A stretch of 64,000 bases of DNA from Gekko japonicus (Eukaryota), in assembly GCF_001447785.1 (NCBI RefSeq), contig NW_015176036.1, positions 131,600-195,599 on the forward strand, written 5' to 3'. This document shows, in pieces, positions 51,065 through 64,000 of the stretch (position 1 is the first letter of the stretch; each line of letters begins with the position of its first letter). A program made the position numbers and the translations under genes. The notes below the pieces were generated by a model that saw only the letters and a program-made list of their open reading frames with translations, was not told where the DNA came from and did not search any database.

Positions 51065-51566
51065 TGCGGTGGGGGGGGGGGGGGGAATGAAAAAAGTGTG
51101 AACTGATTGTACCGATAGTGCAATCATTGGAACTGCCATAATGCCCATGAAAACCCCACAAGCAGCTGCAGTCTGGAAAACACCTATTTCTCAGTAGGAA
51201 TCTGGCTTTTCAAATGAGGCTATCTGTGCACACCAGTTAGTGTGCCTATTTCTCTTTATTTGATTATGCTATTTATTTCCTTCTCCATAACATTTTTTTT
51301 CAGATGAGATGCCCATTTCCAGAGTTCCTACCAATCCCTTCCTATCCACATGTTTTTCCCCTCCATAGATTTAGAAAATGTTTGCATGATATCACTCCAT
51401 TACACAATTGCTAATCATGCTACTTTACGAGGGTTGCAAGCTTGTGTCGCTATAAATGTCAGGTTCCTCAGCTGTGGTTCAAAATGTCTCTGCAATTAAT
51501 TACTGAGATTCAAATGGACAGTGTGTTGCTGTGCAAGTCTCAGAGACACCCTGCTGACCTTTTACC

Positions 51567-51897
51567 TAGGGTTGCCAAATGGGCCCAGGGGGCGGGGAAT
51601 CCCCCGCTTCGGAGCCCCGATTTCCGCCCTGGCGGAATCGGGGCCTGGGGGGAACCCCGCCCCTGAAGCTGCATCACCAGAGGTGACGCAGCCACGTTAC
51701 TGACGTTGGGGGCGTGGCCAAGCTCGTCGGGGGGAAACCATATGGTTTTCCCCCGACAAGCTCGGCCACGCCCCCAACGTCAGCAACGTCGCACGTCACT
51801 TCTGGTGACGTCCTGCCGCACGCACGCACCCAAAAGCACCTCCCGGACACAGACGAGGCTCCCCCGCTCCGAGGGGTAAGTGGATTTGGCAACCCTA
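51567..51897. mobile_element. hAT MITE with TAGGGTTGCCAAAT TIRs and a long central hairpin
   Basis: exact TSD CTTTTACC; imperfect palindrome about 51675-51810 centred on AAACCATATGGTTT. Confidence 0.92.
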
Positions 51898-53871
51898 CTT
51901 TTACCCAATAGCCAGTCTTCAGTAATTGAAGCCAGTAGCTTCGGTACATAGTGGGTTGCACCATTTGTGTGAAATGCCACTTTCTCCTTCATGGACTTGC
52001 CCATGTACCAAGAACATCAATTAAGGTGCCTCTCTGGGTTCTACCATTATCTGAAGTTATGTGGGTGGCTACTAAAGACAGGGCAATTTGGGGCATGGCA
52101 CCCCAACTGTGGAATACTCACCTGAAACATATTCACCTAATATCATTTATTTTCAGGTGCAAGGCAAGGATTGTTTTATTTTCATTACCTTTTAGTAAGA
52201 TAGATTTGGTTTTTAGTTTTTTAATCACAGACACTGCTTTAAGCGAACTTTGTAACTCATCAGTCACTGCTGCTGCTTTGTTTAATTTTGGTTTATTTAC
52301 TTTGTTTCAATTTGTAAGTTGTCTTGAAGGCTCTATGCAGAAAGGTAGGGTATATATTTATTTAATAAATACATTTGCAGGATTCTCAGAATTATACCAG
52401 GAAGCCTAGCAGGGTGACAAATTCAAACAAAGTTAATAGCTTTTCATCAATATTTCATCAGCTTTGGAGACCAAAGTAGAAGCTTGTGCTGTGAGCACAG
52501 TCATATTTCTTTCCATACATTTAACGACACCTTTAATATTTCATAAGAAAGGGGGGGGGTCTACAGGAGAAAAGGAACTTGGAGGCTCCCATGGAGTTCC
52601 TGACTCCTTATCTGAACTCTGCATTCCTTTTGTGACTGTGAATTGTCACTGTGATGACCACCTTTGGTCTCCGTAGCCCTTGAAAGCTCATGGAGAAAAG
52701 AACAGAGCCCATTTGGTTATCGCTGAATAAGATGACAATACTCACTGCACAATTTGTGAACCCAAGGATGTTGGGGGTCTTACTGAGGGCTGCACCAATA
52801 GGAGGAGGAGGCTCTTGCAAAAGGTGTGAAAAAAACAGAAGTCTTGCCAGTCTGCCTTTCACATTTGGGAGCTGGGGGGGGGGGGCAAATGGTGAAATGC
52901 TTCGCATTTCCAGCCACTTAGTAGCTTCTTCTAGCGGTAAAGACAGATTAAGAAGAAAAAGAAAAACCTAGTTGGGAACAGCCTCACCTCTGTTGTTTCT
53001 TTCTGATGATTTATATGTAATTGCTGCAACCAAAATGTGTGGCTGCTAGTAATAGTATGTGAAAGCAAACATTTTTTCCTTTAATTACTCAGAATTGCAT
53101 TCTTTGATAAGCAAAGTTCAGGATTCCGTGGAGGGTTTTTTTTTGTTTTTTTTGCTTGCTTGCTTGTTTTGAAACATGATTTTCTTTCAGATAGTTGTGT
53201 GTCAGGTCCTGTTGGCCCATACTGTGTACAAAAGCCTCAGTATTTCATAATCCACATTCATTTCCTTTAATACTAAACCAGATTTGCATTTTAATATTGT
53301 TTTCTTTGATGTAGTAGCTCCTCCTAAATGGGTCATTTCATGTTTTCTTCATTCTTTAACAATAATGTAGTATGCAGTTGTTTGCTAGAGAATTTGAACT
53401 AATATATAATTGAACTGAGTTTTGATATGTCTGCAGAATTGTCTGTCCAGACTGCAGTCCAAATTACACTATCACCTGCCATTCACATATGTACTAGCAC
53501 TGCAGCTTGGTTCTAACAATCCAGCCTCGCTCCCAAGAAAACATGTATGTAATAGGGATAATCTCTGAGGCTTTGGTGTGTGTGCAGGGTAAGGTCTTCT
53601 AGCTCCAGACAGCCATAGGTTTAAAATAATCAGCCGTGTCCCAAAATGTATGTTGATACAAATATGGAAAAATACATGCAGAAATAGGATAGTCTCTTGT
53701 ATCAGTTTCAACCAAATTAGTTGAGGGAATGTTTTTTCTTACCCCCTGACCTTTCTAAATATTCCCCCCCCCATCCTGAATAATCCGGTCCTTTTGGGAG
53801 TTCTCAGAGGACTAGACAGAGAAGTGATTCCTAAGTCTGGTTTTTCAGCAGCCCCTAGTGTGTTGCCAGCT

Positions 53872-54123
53872 GAGAGCCAGCATAGTGTAGTGGTTAAGAA
53901 TGGTGGACTCTAAGGGAGGAGTGGGTTTGATTGCCCCTTCCTCCACATGAATCCTGCTGGGTGACCTTAGGCCAGTCACAGTTCTCTAAGAATCCTCTCC
54001 CCACCCACTTCACAAGGTGCCTATTGTGGGGAGAGGAAGGGAAGGCGATTGTAAGCCGCTTTGAGACTCCTCAAGGTGGAGAAAAGTGGGGTATAAAAAC
54101 CTACCCTTCTCCTTCTCTTCTTC
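53872..54123 (+). mobile_element. tRNA-derived SINE
   Basis: AGTGTAGTGGTTAAG head; (CTT)-rich tail. Confidence 0.8.
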
Positions 54124-54427
54124 AATTATGTCACAGATAGATGATAGATAGCATTTTTTTCCCTCAGCAGTTTTAAAATTTGTAAATGGATTGGCTGGAA
54201 TCAATAGAGCTTAATTTCAGAGAGCGTGGCAAGCTACAGAGGGGAGCGGAAGACGGCAAAGTTCCATACAAAGAGCAGCATTTTATTACACTGGCATGTT
54301 GTTCAGTCGCACAGTCGAGTCCGACTCTTCGCGACCCCATGGCATATACAATTTCAAATGCAATACAATGTGAGAGTTATTGTTCCTAATTAAATAAATG
54401 TTTGGTTTGGTTTTATATGACATAGAG

Positions 54428-54752
54428 GGTTGGATCCAGACTAGCATTTCTGTCGGTGCAAGGACTTTCTGCCCATGGTTCATTATTTTCCCATTCCCCC
54501 CCCCTCCTGTAGCAGCTGGAACATGATGGGGGGGCATTTCAGTCTGCCATGGGCAGGGGGGTAGCAGGAAAATTGCACAATGGGAGAGCAGATGTCCTTT
54601 TGCCTATTGAAAAACTAGTCTGGAAAGAGTAGTACTTTTCTCCCTTTCTCACAATACAAGAACTCGTGGGCACTCCATGGGGTAGCAGGAAAATTGCACA
54701 ATGGGAGAGCAGATGTCCTTTTGCCTGTTGAAAAACTAGTCTGGATTCAAAC
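54428..54752. mobile_element. MITE with GGTTGGATCCAGACTAG-type termini and an internal duplication
   Basis: TTGGATCCAGACTAG ... CTAGTCTGGATTCAA. Confidence 0.65.
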
Positions 54753-55797
54753 CATAACTTAAAATTTAATTTACTGTATTTAGGGGGAGAGAACTTCAAA
54801 TTTAATTTACTGTATTTAGGGGGAGAGGGACATCGCAATTTTTTGTATAAAAAAATGATGTCACTGTACCAAAGAATAATAGGGTGTGTTGCTACTCCAA
54901 AAGTATTGGAAATCACTGGTCTAGGGCTTAATGCAGTTTTACAGGCAGTTGTGGAAGGTGTATTATAAATCTTGCCACAATTGTAAATTATAGTCAAGGG
55001 ATGTAAAGAAAGAGGGATGGGGCATGTTCAGTTGCTTGGTAAAAAGTTATGTGTGAAAGCTGAAACCTCTTACATCAATACAACTTGGCTGCACAAAAGT
55101 TATTACCTTGCTTTGTCTATGTGTCACTGTCATTAATTTTACACAGGAGGATTTTCAGTGGTGAAATTCCATTTTATTGACACAAGTGAATGGTTTTAGG
55201 AGAGGTGCTATTTTTTCCACTTGTCAGGAAGGAACCTGCCACAGCTTCAATAATATCTCAGCATTTTCACAACCAGATAAAATTAGAGTTACCACTCACA
55301 AAGCAAAACTTGAAATTAATTTAATAATTCCTTCTTAGCCAGAACACTTGAGGGATTTTAGTTTTAATTAGGATAGCAAAACTTTCCAGAGATGGAGTGA
55401 GGGGTATGAAGGATGGTTCTACATATTGTTTACAGATTTTGTTTTATATGAAATGTGAAGGGAATGTGCAAAGTCCTTCTCAGGAGCGACACTTGAGAAG
55501 TTCTCATAAAAACTGAATGAGTTTCAACAAACCTAGTAAAACAGGCCCAGGTCTAAGTTATACAGCTACATCTGTGTGAACTAGGGTTGCCAAGTCTGAG
55601 TTGGGGGATTTCTGAAGATTTGGGGGTGGATCCTGGAGAGGGAGGCATTTAGAGAGGGGAGGAAGCTGAGCAGGGATGTGATGCCACACGACCTACTGTT
55701 AATTCTGTCCCCTTAAGCAAGAGGCTTCTCGGGTTTTTTTACAGGTTCTCACCGCAGTGGGTACACAACTGTCAGTAGAAAGATGCATACTCCAAAG

Positions 55798-56156
55798 CAG
55801 GGGTCATTTCGTAGAAAAAGAGCTAGGGGAACTCATTAGCATAACTCATTAGCATATACCACACCCCCTGACATCAGGGGCCCGGCGGTGGACCTGCAAG
55901 GCCGGTGGGAGTGCGAGGAAGCCCCGCCAAGGCCCTCCCTGGCCCCAGGCAGGCAGGGGTGGGGAGAGGCGGGGAGGAAGCAACTTACCCTCCCTCTTCT
56001 CCTGCCTCCTCCTGGCTGAATGAGGGCCGGAAGCGGGGCGGCGAATGAGGGCTGGAAGCGGGGCGGCCGGAAACAGGGGGCGGGGCTTCATAGTGTGCCC
56101 CGCACCTCACCCGGGGGAACTGCGTTCCCCCGCGTTCCCCCCCAAAATGACCTCTG
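55798..56156 (+). mobile_element. hAT MITE family B
   Basis: family termini; TSD CTCCAAAG. Confidence 0.93.
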
Positions 56157-57423
56157 CTCCAAAGCATTATTGATATGAATTAAACGGTTTATTGGCAGGC
56201 ATTTCTGCACAGCATACTATAGAAGCTGGTTGCAAACAGAAAACTGAATCAGATGCATGATACAGGAATACATATAAAAAAGGCATGGATTGAAAACCAT
56301 CAGTAGGATGCAGAGGGTTACAAAAATAACATAAGCAAATAAACAGGCAATGCTAAAGCATAAGTCAATAAAGTATCATTCTAAATCAGTTCTAAACCAG
56401 TAGAGGACACTCACAAGCCATTAAACCTTATAAATATTCTTGAAACAAAACGATGCAAACATGAGAGCAAACTTAATGTATATTAGCCAATCTAAATCTA
56501 ATGTTAAACCATTAACTGCCATTCTTACCACCCTTCTGTCCTTCTAGTTTAAGCTCAGTTTCCTAGCAAGCCAAAAAAGTACCAGATTAACATCCGCCTT
56601 CTGAAGGTGCCGTTTCCTCCAGGGTAACTGATCTTTGTTGCCTGGAGAACAGTTGCAATTCTGGAAGAACTCAAGGCCCCACCTGGAGGTTAGCAATGAA
56701 GGCTGCCAACTCTGGTTTGGACAATTGCTGGAGATTTGGGACCAGAGTCTGGGGAGGGCAGTATTTAGGGAAGGCACTCAATAAGGATGTGATGCCATAC
56801 AGTTCTCCCTCCAAACCAGCCTTTTCTCCAGGGGAACTGAACTCTGTTATCTGGAGATAAGCTGAAATGCTGTGAGATCTCCAGGCCTCACCTGGAGGTT
56901 GGCCTGGAGATCATCATAACCACTCAAGCCATCATAACCACTCAAGACCATCTTGTCACTGAAAGCACTTTATTGTTGTTAGTATTGTTATTATTTATTA
57001 TGTCCTCACTGTATTTACCTTACTGTTATTGTAACTGTTCTGATTTCGTATTTGACAACTTGTCTGTTCTCTGTTTCTTTGAAAAAAACCAATAAAAAAT
57101 GTCTTGTTAAAAAAAAATTAGGATTTTATTGTTTTATTGGATTTTATGTATGGGCTTTCGCCCCTTGTAAGCCGCCCTGAGCCCGCTCGCGGGGAGGGAG
57201 GGGTAAAAATGCCTAAATAAATAAATAATACATAATATAATAAATTTACTAACTGTATAAATCACTCCTATTTTATGAATTGAGGCTCTTCTCCTAAGAA
57301 AATGAAGGGAGAGGGGGAGAGGGACTGATCAGATTAAAGGAGCTTAGATTTAGAAAATCAATATTAATTAATTTACCTAAACTTAACCTTTCTTTCTTTC
57401 TTTCCTTTTTTTTTTTGCCAAAG

Positions 57424-57641
57424 ATTTGCCATGCTGAGTCTGGAGTTTGACTATATGTGCCAGTATGATTATGTGGAGATCCGAGATGGGGACAGTGTCG
57501 ATAACAGGATAATTAAGCGTTTCTGTGGGAATGACAGGCCTCCTCCAATCCGAAGCACAGGGCCCTCACTCCACATACTTTTTCATTCAGATGGGTCAAA
57601 GAATTTTGATGGGTTTCATGCCATCTTTGAAGAAATTACAG
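57424..57641 (+). CDS. PAMR1: PAMR1 probable exon 5 (CUB domain, second part)
   Basis: long polypyrimidine tract plus AG, CAG|GTAAAG donor; 218 bp; [72 protein letters not shown]. Confidence 0.96.
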
Positions 57642-59544
57642 GTAAAGGGATTTTAAAAAGAATAAACATGCTTTTCGCAGCTCGGATACCTCTGTCTTCT
57701 GATACCTTTGCTATTTTGTGTCAACATTTGTTCTGTATTGTCAGCATTAAAAAAAAAGTAGGCATAGGAAAGCTACAAGGCCATCATTACCACCTCACCA
57801 TTTTAATGAAAATGAAGGAAACCTGCAGTGCAGTTGATGAGCACTGCCTTGGCAAATGCCAGGACATTTTGACAGCTTGGAGAGGGTCGAGTTTGGGGAA
57901 GATGTGATGTCATTTCCAGATGACACTCTAGGAATTTCCCCTAATGTCTATGATAAAGGCCATGGGAAAATTCTTAAGAGTCTCACTGTGGAGGCCATTT
58001 CCAGCCTTTTTTTCTTCTTCTCCTGCTCCTCAGTTTCTTGAGGACAGATGATTGTGTCACATAGGGAGGCGAATTGCAAGCCTATCTGTTGCACAGCAAC
58101 TGGTGTAAGCTTGAACAAGCAGAAGCTTGAGAACTACTGTAGAGTCTGACCATTACAATGCGTGAAGTCTTGTGCATGTGTTTTGAGTGACTCTGCTGGC
58201 AGCTGTTATTCTCCATGTCACAGTTCCTGGCCATTCTCTATCCCTTCTCCATTAGTGCTTTTAATGACAATATTCAGTTGTTTAATTTTTTAAATGTAAC
58301 TCTGCTCATCTCCACAAAAAAGGCGGTCTTTCTGAAATGTCCAGATCTCTTTTTCTGCCCCAGACATTCCCACTTATTTTGCCAGCCCTTACGAAGATGT
58401 CTTTATCCAAGTTTCCTTTATGTGAGCACTGCTCACAAGGTGTTTGGCTAGCTGCATTTCTGCAACATTAACAGTAACGTCAACCCCAAAAATGTTGTCA
58501 CCACTTTTGATGCAGTGCTCTTGATGTGTTGTGAGTGCAAGAAGTGAATGCTGGGCATTATCCATTAAAAAGCAAGCATGTTTCAAACCGTGACCCAAAT
58601 GAAATCAGGAAGCTTAACATATAAAATGTGAAGACTTTTGAGACATAAGTAAATGTGACTTCCTTTGTTAATTTTATTTATTTACTTAATCATTTGATTT
58701 ATAGCCCGCCTTCCCCTGTATAATGGGGCTCAGAGCGGGTAACAACATTAATAAAACACTCCGTACAGTTAAAATATTAAAACAATTCTACAATACAACA
58801 ATATAACAACAACTAATAGATGGCGTATAAAAGGGCCTCCATTGAAAAGGAGGCATCCAGAATCACACCCAAACTTTTCGGGTAAAGCCGGCTCTAGGAC
58901 AGTGCGAAGCTGAATGATCCTTTCAAAGTTTGTCAATGAATCTCAGACGCAGTCAATTTTTTGTTTTCATTGGCAAAATTTCCTGTTCATCAAGATCACA
59001 CCCATGTCCTGATTCTTCAGTGGGACACTGAAGTTTTAAAACATGACACACAAAAAAAGACAAATTGGCATGGGGCAGAGGAGGTTTCCAGTCCAGTGAA
59101 TCCTGATCTTTAGTAGGAGGCTAAGTGGAGCTTAACAAGAGACAAAGAAGCAGCAGATCTGCTACTCCACATCAGATTTTCAGAGAGAGTGCTGAGGGCT
59201 CAAGGAAACATAATGTGTGACCCAGATTGGGTCAGGGGTCTCCCACCCAACTCATAGTTCACAAAACATCAGCAAACTATTGTTCCCAAGCCCTGTGGGG
59301 CCAGTTTCTGCTCATAGGTTTTCTGAGCTGAAATGGCCATGGGTGGGTCAAAGTCAGTACACATGGAGCCCCAAGGGTAGGGACAACCCCCCCGCGGCCA
59401 TTTCAGATCAGAAAAACAGCATAGGAGGGAAGGCTGAAATTCCTCTTGCCCACGCACCAGCAGAAACTGGACCAACAATAGTTGCTAGATGTTATGTGTA
59501 GTGTGTGTTGGGTTGCCCCCCCCAACCAGACTTGGCATCAGGCA

Positions 59545-59676
59545 TAATCTCCCTTTTTGCCTGCTGACTTCAAGTTTTCCTAGCGTTCTTGTCTTTTCTA
59601 GTGACTCTTGTCTTCTCATAATGTCACCAAAGTACGATAGCCTCAGTTTAGTCATTTTAGCTTCTAGGGAGAGTTG
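59545..59676 (-). mobile_element. RTE-clade LINE 3' fragment
   Basis: minus-strand translation resembles LEAKMTKLRLSYFGDIMRRQESLEK. Confidence 0.65.
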
Positions 59677-60196
59677 ATCTAGATCAGTAGGTCTAGAGAG
59701 AGCTAATAAACCCTCCCCCTACACAAACACAAGAGAATATTATCAGAGGCTGCCATTTTATTGAAATTATCCTTTAAAACATTGTACAAAGCAATTTTAT
59801 GATTTCTTCAACAATTCCACACTACCCAGTGGTAGAGTTCACCATACCCACAACACATTCTTAGTCTCCCAAGCAACGTTCTCAAAGCTTCTAAACCAGA
59901 TGCCACATTAAAAAGGAGGATACTCAAAACGCCCACTGGTTTCACTCATATTCTGTTCACTACTTATGAACAGGGAGCCAGATTTTCCACTGTGGATCCA
60001 ACAGGTCTGTTCACTGACCTGTTTGTGGCTGGTCAGCAAGCTGTCTCCCCATGTTCCTTCCTTACAGTGCAACCTGCAGTTTCTCACACAGCCAGATTGA
60101 CTTCTACTCCCTACCTTCTTGCTGTGCCACTGCTCTGTTCAGCACGTAAGTTTTCAACTAGACAGTTAAATGACTCGCAAATCAGAGAAATCAGTC

Positions 60197-60472
60197 AGAA
60201 GAAGAAGAAGAGATTGGATTTATACCCCGCCCTTCACTTGAAGTCTCAGAGTGGCTTACAAATGCCTTTCCGTTCCCCTCCCCACAACAGACACCCTGTG
60301 AGGTAGGTGGAGCTGAGAGAGCTCTTTCCAGAACAGCCGTTTAGAGAACAGCTCTGACAGAACTATGGCTTGCCCAAGGTCATCCAACAGCTGCAAGTGG
60401 AGGAGTGGAGAATCAAACCTGGTTCTCCCAAATTAGAGTCGGCACACTTAATCACTACACCAAATTGGCTCT
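60197..60472 (-). mobile_element. tRNA-derived SINE
   Basis: reverse complement of the 53872 family; (GAA)n tail on the plus strand. Confidence 0.8.
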
Positions 60473-61724
60473 ATGACGTTATTTTTTAAAATCCATAGAT
60501 AGGGATAGAGCAATTCACAAACTGAAATTATAAATAAATAAATACTGTATGTGAGTCAAATCTAGGGAATGTAGGGTAAGAGACTTTGTGTATCATACAG
60601 TTGACAAGATGCTTGAATGTGTCTTTTGATATATGATGGGAATAAAAGCGATGGATAACATTTGGCTTGAGGAAGACCTTATATGACCTGATTGCTTTTA
60701 GGCGCAAAGGGAGGTAAATGCTAGGATGACACATACACTGAAAGTTCAGCAATGATTTTCCTTGCTGGGAGCTCTCTCTCTTCGAGTAATGTGCCCATTC
60801 AGCTTGCCTGCCATTCTTCTATCTTCTCTTGCTGATTATTTGCTGCTCCTCTTTCACATGTTCCAGAGGCTGGCAAATTGTACTCTGATTAAAATAGCCT
60901 CCTCCTGTTGGCTGCACATTTGATTTGTTGCACATTCAGTCCGACCTCAGAATTTAAAGGGAATTGTTCTGTCTCCTCAAGAGTGGCTCTTATCCTGAGA
61001 GATGGAGAGGCTGCAGTAAGAGAAAATGCATCCTGCCATTCAGGTGGTTATGATCACAGGGCAGGAATGTGAATGAAGAGGGTCCAAGAGGAAACAGAAA
61101 TAGCCCACTTCTCCTTGACCTTCTTTTGAGCTTTACATTTTGATTGTATGCCCCGTTGGACGTCCTGGATTGCATGTAAATTGTCTGTAAATTAAGTAAG
61201 TTCCAGCTCCCAAAAGGTTTGCCACAATAACTGTGGGGTATTTGAAAACCCTTCGTAATTTGTGCTACAACCAAGTAATGTGGCTACCGTTCTGGAATCT
61301 TTTCTCCTTAAAAACTCCTCTTGAATCTCCATGGAGCTAAATACCACCAAAATATGCCATCAACATTTTGGCATTGTAAGGTGTGTTACCTATTTGGCAG
61401 CTGCAGTCTAACTTCAGGACTACTGGCATCAGGTATTCGACTACCAGAATTGTCCTACCATTAGATCCAGTGGTTTGGACCCAGATGAGATATTTCGGTG
61501 AGCACAAGCTTTTCTGCTCACAGAAGTCGAGTTTACCACCTCTACTCCTCTGCGGCAGCCTGAAAAACCTCCCCAGGTCATGTTCCCTTGTCCTCTCTCC
61601 TCCAGGAACAGGATTTGGGGGTGGCATTTGGGGCTGCCATGGGAGGGTGCAGGCAGGAAAACGGTGCCCCATGGGATACTTGCAGAAATGTTAGTCAGGA
61701 TTCAAGCACTTGTAGGGTATTAGG

Positions 61725-62080
61725 TGGAGCTGCGGTGGCTCAAGTGGTTAAGATGCTGAACTGCAGGCTGTGGAAGGTCAGTAGTTCAGCAGTTCGCGAC
61801 CCGGGTGTGCTGCATGACGGAGTGAGCTCCCGTCTCTAGTTCCAGCTCCTGCCAACCTAGCAGTTCGAAAGCAAGAAATTGCAAGTAGATAAATAGGTAC
61901 CACTTCGGTGGGAAGGTAACAGCATTCTGTGCGCCTTGGTGTTTAGTCATGCCGGCCACATGACCACGGAAACGTCTTCGGACAGCACTGGCTCTTCGGC
62001 TTTGAAACGGAGATGAGCACTGCAACCCTAGAGTCGGACTCGACTGGCTTTCGAGTAAGGGAACCCTTACCTTTACCTTT
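61725..62080 (+). mobile_element. full-length Sauria-type SINE
   Basis: tRNA-like head, GTAGATAAATAGGTAC core, ACCTTTACCTTT tail; ends about 120 bp before the PAMR1 EGF exon. Confidence 0.92.
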
Positions 62081-62201
62081 TAGATTGGAAATGCATAATT
62101 TATTTGTACATTTCATTTGGGAAGAGGGATGTATAGAGATAAAAGGATGGCGATATCATGTGAAAGAAACTGAGAGGTCCTCCATGTATTTATTTTTCCA
62201 G

Positions 62202-62309
62202 CTTGCTCTTCATCTCCATGTTTTCATGACGGAACCTGTGTTCTAGATAAAGTTGGTGGCTACAGGTGTGCTTGTCTGGCTGGTTATACTGGGAACCGCT
62301 GTGAAAGCT
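62202..62309 (+). CDS. PAMR1: PAMR1 probable exon 6 (EGF-like domain); not in the ORF track
   Basis: tttttccAG acceptor, T|GTGAGT donor; 108 bp; (A)[35 protein letters not shown] with six-Cys EGF spacing. Confidence 0.95.
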
Positions 62310-63765
62310 GTGAGTACATCTCTGTTCCTATGAATGTACATAAGTATGTTAAGAACTTCTGTTTCCATTAACTTAGTTACTGTTTCTATGGGGTAGAATA
62401 CTTAGGCTGATAAAGGAAAATAATTGTATCACCATTGTTTTTTTAAAAAATCACAGTGCTTTGAGAGATGCTGGGGAACATGTGGATTTTACTGAAATAC
62501 AGTCTGGGTTGTGTAACTTGTCATATTCGCTTGTATGTCATTTCTTCAGTCCTGTGGGTTGGTCTTTTCCTTGTACTTTTCACATACATTAGCAGAATGC
62601 TGTAAGGCAATTTAAATCCAACTGAGTTGTGTACAGTGCGCAATGTATCATTAACTATAGATTGACTCTGCACATTTGACACCATTGACTCTGAGTATAA
62701 TTTGCGAGGAAGTGAACTCCATGCATTTACACTTACACTTTTCTGATTAAACCTATGTAGCATGCCCCAGAATAAGATAATTTCAATCACTTTTTGCTCA
62801 TGTCAGCAACCAGTTGCTCCTAAAATACCTTCACACATCCCCCTCCCCGCCATCCCACTAACTCATGCCCTGCTCTGTTCGGTCCCTGGCCCACCAATCA
62901 ATCATTCCTTCCTCCCTGGTGCTTCCTTCTCACATTAGACACACCTCACATGACTGCATCTTTAATTTTGTGGCAGTGGCTATCCTAAACTCAAATCCAC
63001 AGAGTGGCAGATTGGGAAAAGGTATCGATATATGCAGTGTGATTTCCAAACCTTTCATTTATTAAAAAGCCATAGAACTAAATGAGATTTTTAATGAAAT
63101 GCAAGAATGCCCCATGGCTTATTCAAAGGAACATTTTTTAATATGTACTTTATCCTGTCTATAATACTGGAAGCTTGGAAGGCAAAAAAATTCCTGTCTA
63201 TATACCACAGATCTTAGTGTTGAACATTATGACAAAGTCTTTGTTCAAACAGGTTCTAGGGTAACACTGAAAAATCTATCAAAAATTAAATGTTTTCCTG
63301 GAATGTACTTTGGGAAAGAAGTAACAACATATGTTGTTCCATATAGCAGGATGAAGAACTGGAAATTATTGTTGTTTTAATCCTTAAAAATGAATCCAGC
63401 AATTTATCTGAATGCATGTTCATAAAGGATCCTACCTGAAGGAAGATGGGTATAACGTTTCATTAGTCAGATGCTGTTAGTGAGAAGCAGTTTCCTGGCA
63501 AATGAAAATGAAGAAAAATTTCTGAGCACTATGAACAACCTTGTTCTAGGCCCAAACTAATTGTTATGCATTTTCCTTACAAAATGACATTGGTCAGAAA
63601 AATCCAGCATCCTTGATGTACTAGTTGAAACACCAAAAAAAGTAGGCCTGCTTTCCCCCCTCTTCTTCTGATATGGAGGTTTCAGAGTAATTTTAAGTGA
63701 GAGCCAGCGTCCTGAAAAGTTAGAATAAATCTACATTACAAATATAGTGTTATATAGGGTTAGGG

Positions 63766-63832
63766 TTTATTATGGATTTATTATTATGGATTTATTATGG
63801 ATTTATTATATAGGATTTATTATTATGGATTT
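63766..63832. repeat. short (TTTATTATGGA)n-like tandem repeat
   Basis: five imperfect 11-14 bp units. Confidence 0.85.
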
Positions 63833-64000
63833 CATAAATTGATCTGGGAATTGCAGCCCTGTAAGGCTTTAGACGAGACTGTAAATGCAATCCTGCTGGA
63901 CCAATAGTACATCTACACTGGTATCCTGTTGACCACAGTGGCCAACAGGATGCCCCTGGAAGATACATAACCTAGTCACAGGACTCCCCCTTTGTTTCCC

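Noticed and set aside
57642-57907. C-terminal extension of the 158-aa ORF beyond EEIT
   Set aside because: Read-through into the intron past the CAG|GTAAAG donor; PAMR1 similarity resumes at 62202.

Overview
Vertebrate genomic DNA; the repeat content (Sauria-type SINEs, BovB, CR1, L2, Penelope, DIRS, many short hAT elements) points to a squamate reptile, probably a gecko. The only host gene I can support is PAMR1 on the + strand. Five internal coding exons are visible (26965-27141, 37199-37327, 48547-48661, 57424-57641, 62202-62309), all with GT-AG ends and compatible phases, encoding the Cys-rich N-terminus, CUB domain and EGF domain. The signal-peptide exon and the downstream sushi/protease exons were not found, so everything else is probably intron. 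The introns are dense with transposable elements, many with exact target-site duplications (TSDs). Main observations: (1) non-autonomous hAT elements with GC-rich cargo, including a decayed coding-like fragment, plus one copy that has taken a perfect 74-bp copy of its own flank into its interior, together suggesting Pack-MULE-like sequence capture; (2) a 15 x 433-bp tandem array with no differences that I could see, which may be an assembly loop; (3) a solo LTR whose putative U3 holds an open 107-aa acidic/Arg-rich ORF; (4) a CpG-rich chimera of a Sauria-SINE head with a YY1/ETS-rich promoter-like body. All identifications are by eye and recall; no database search was run, and LINE/SINE boundaries are approximate.
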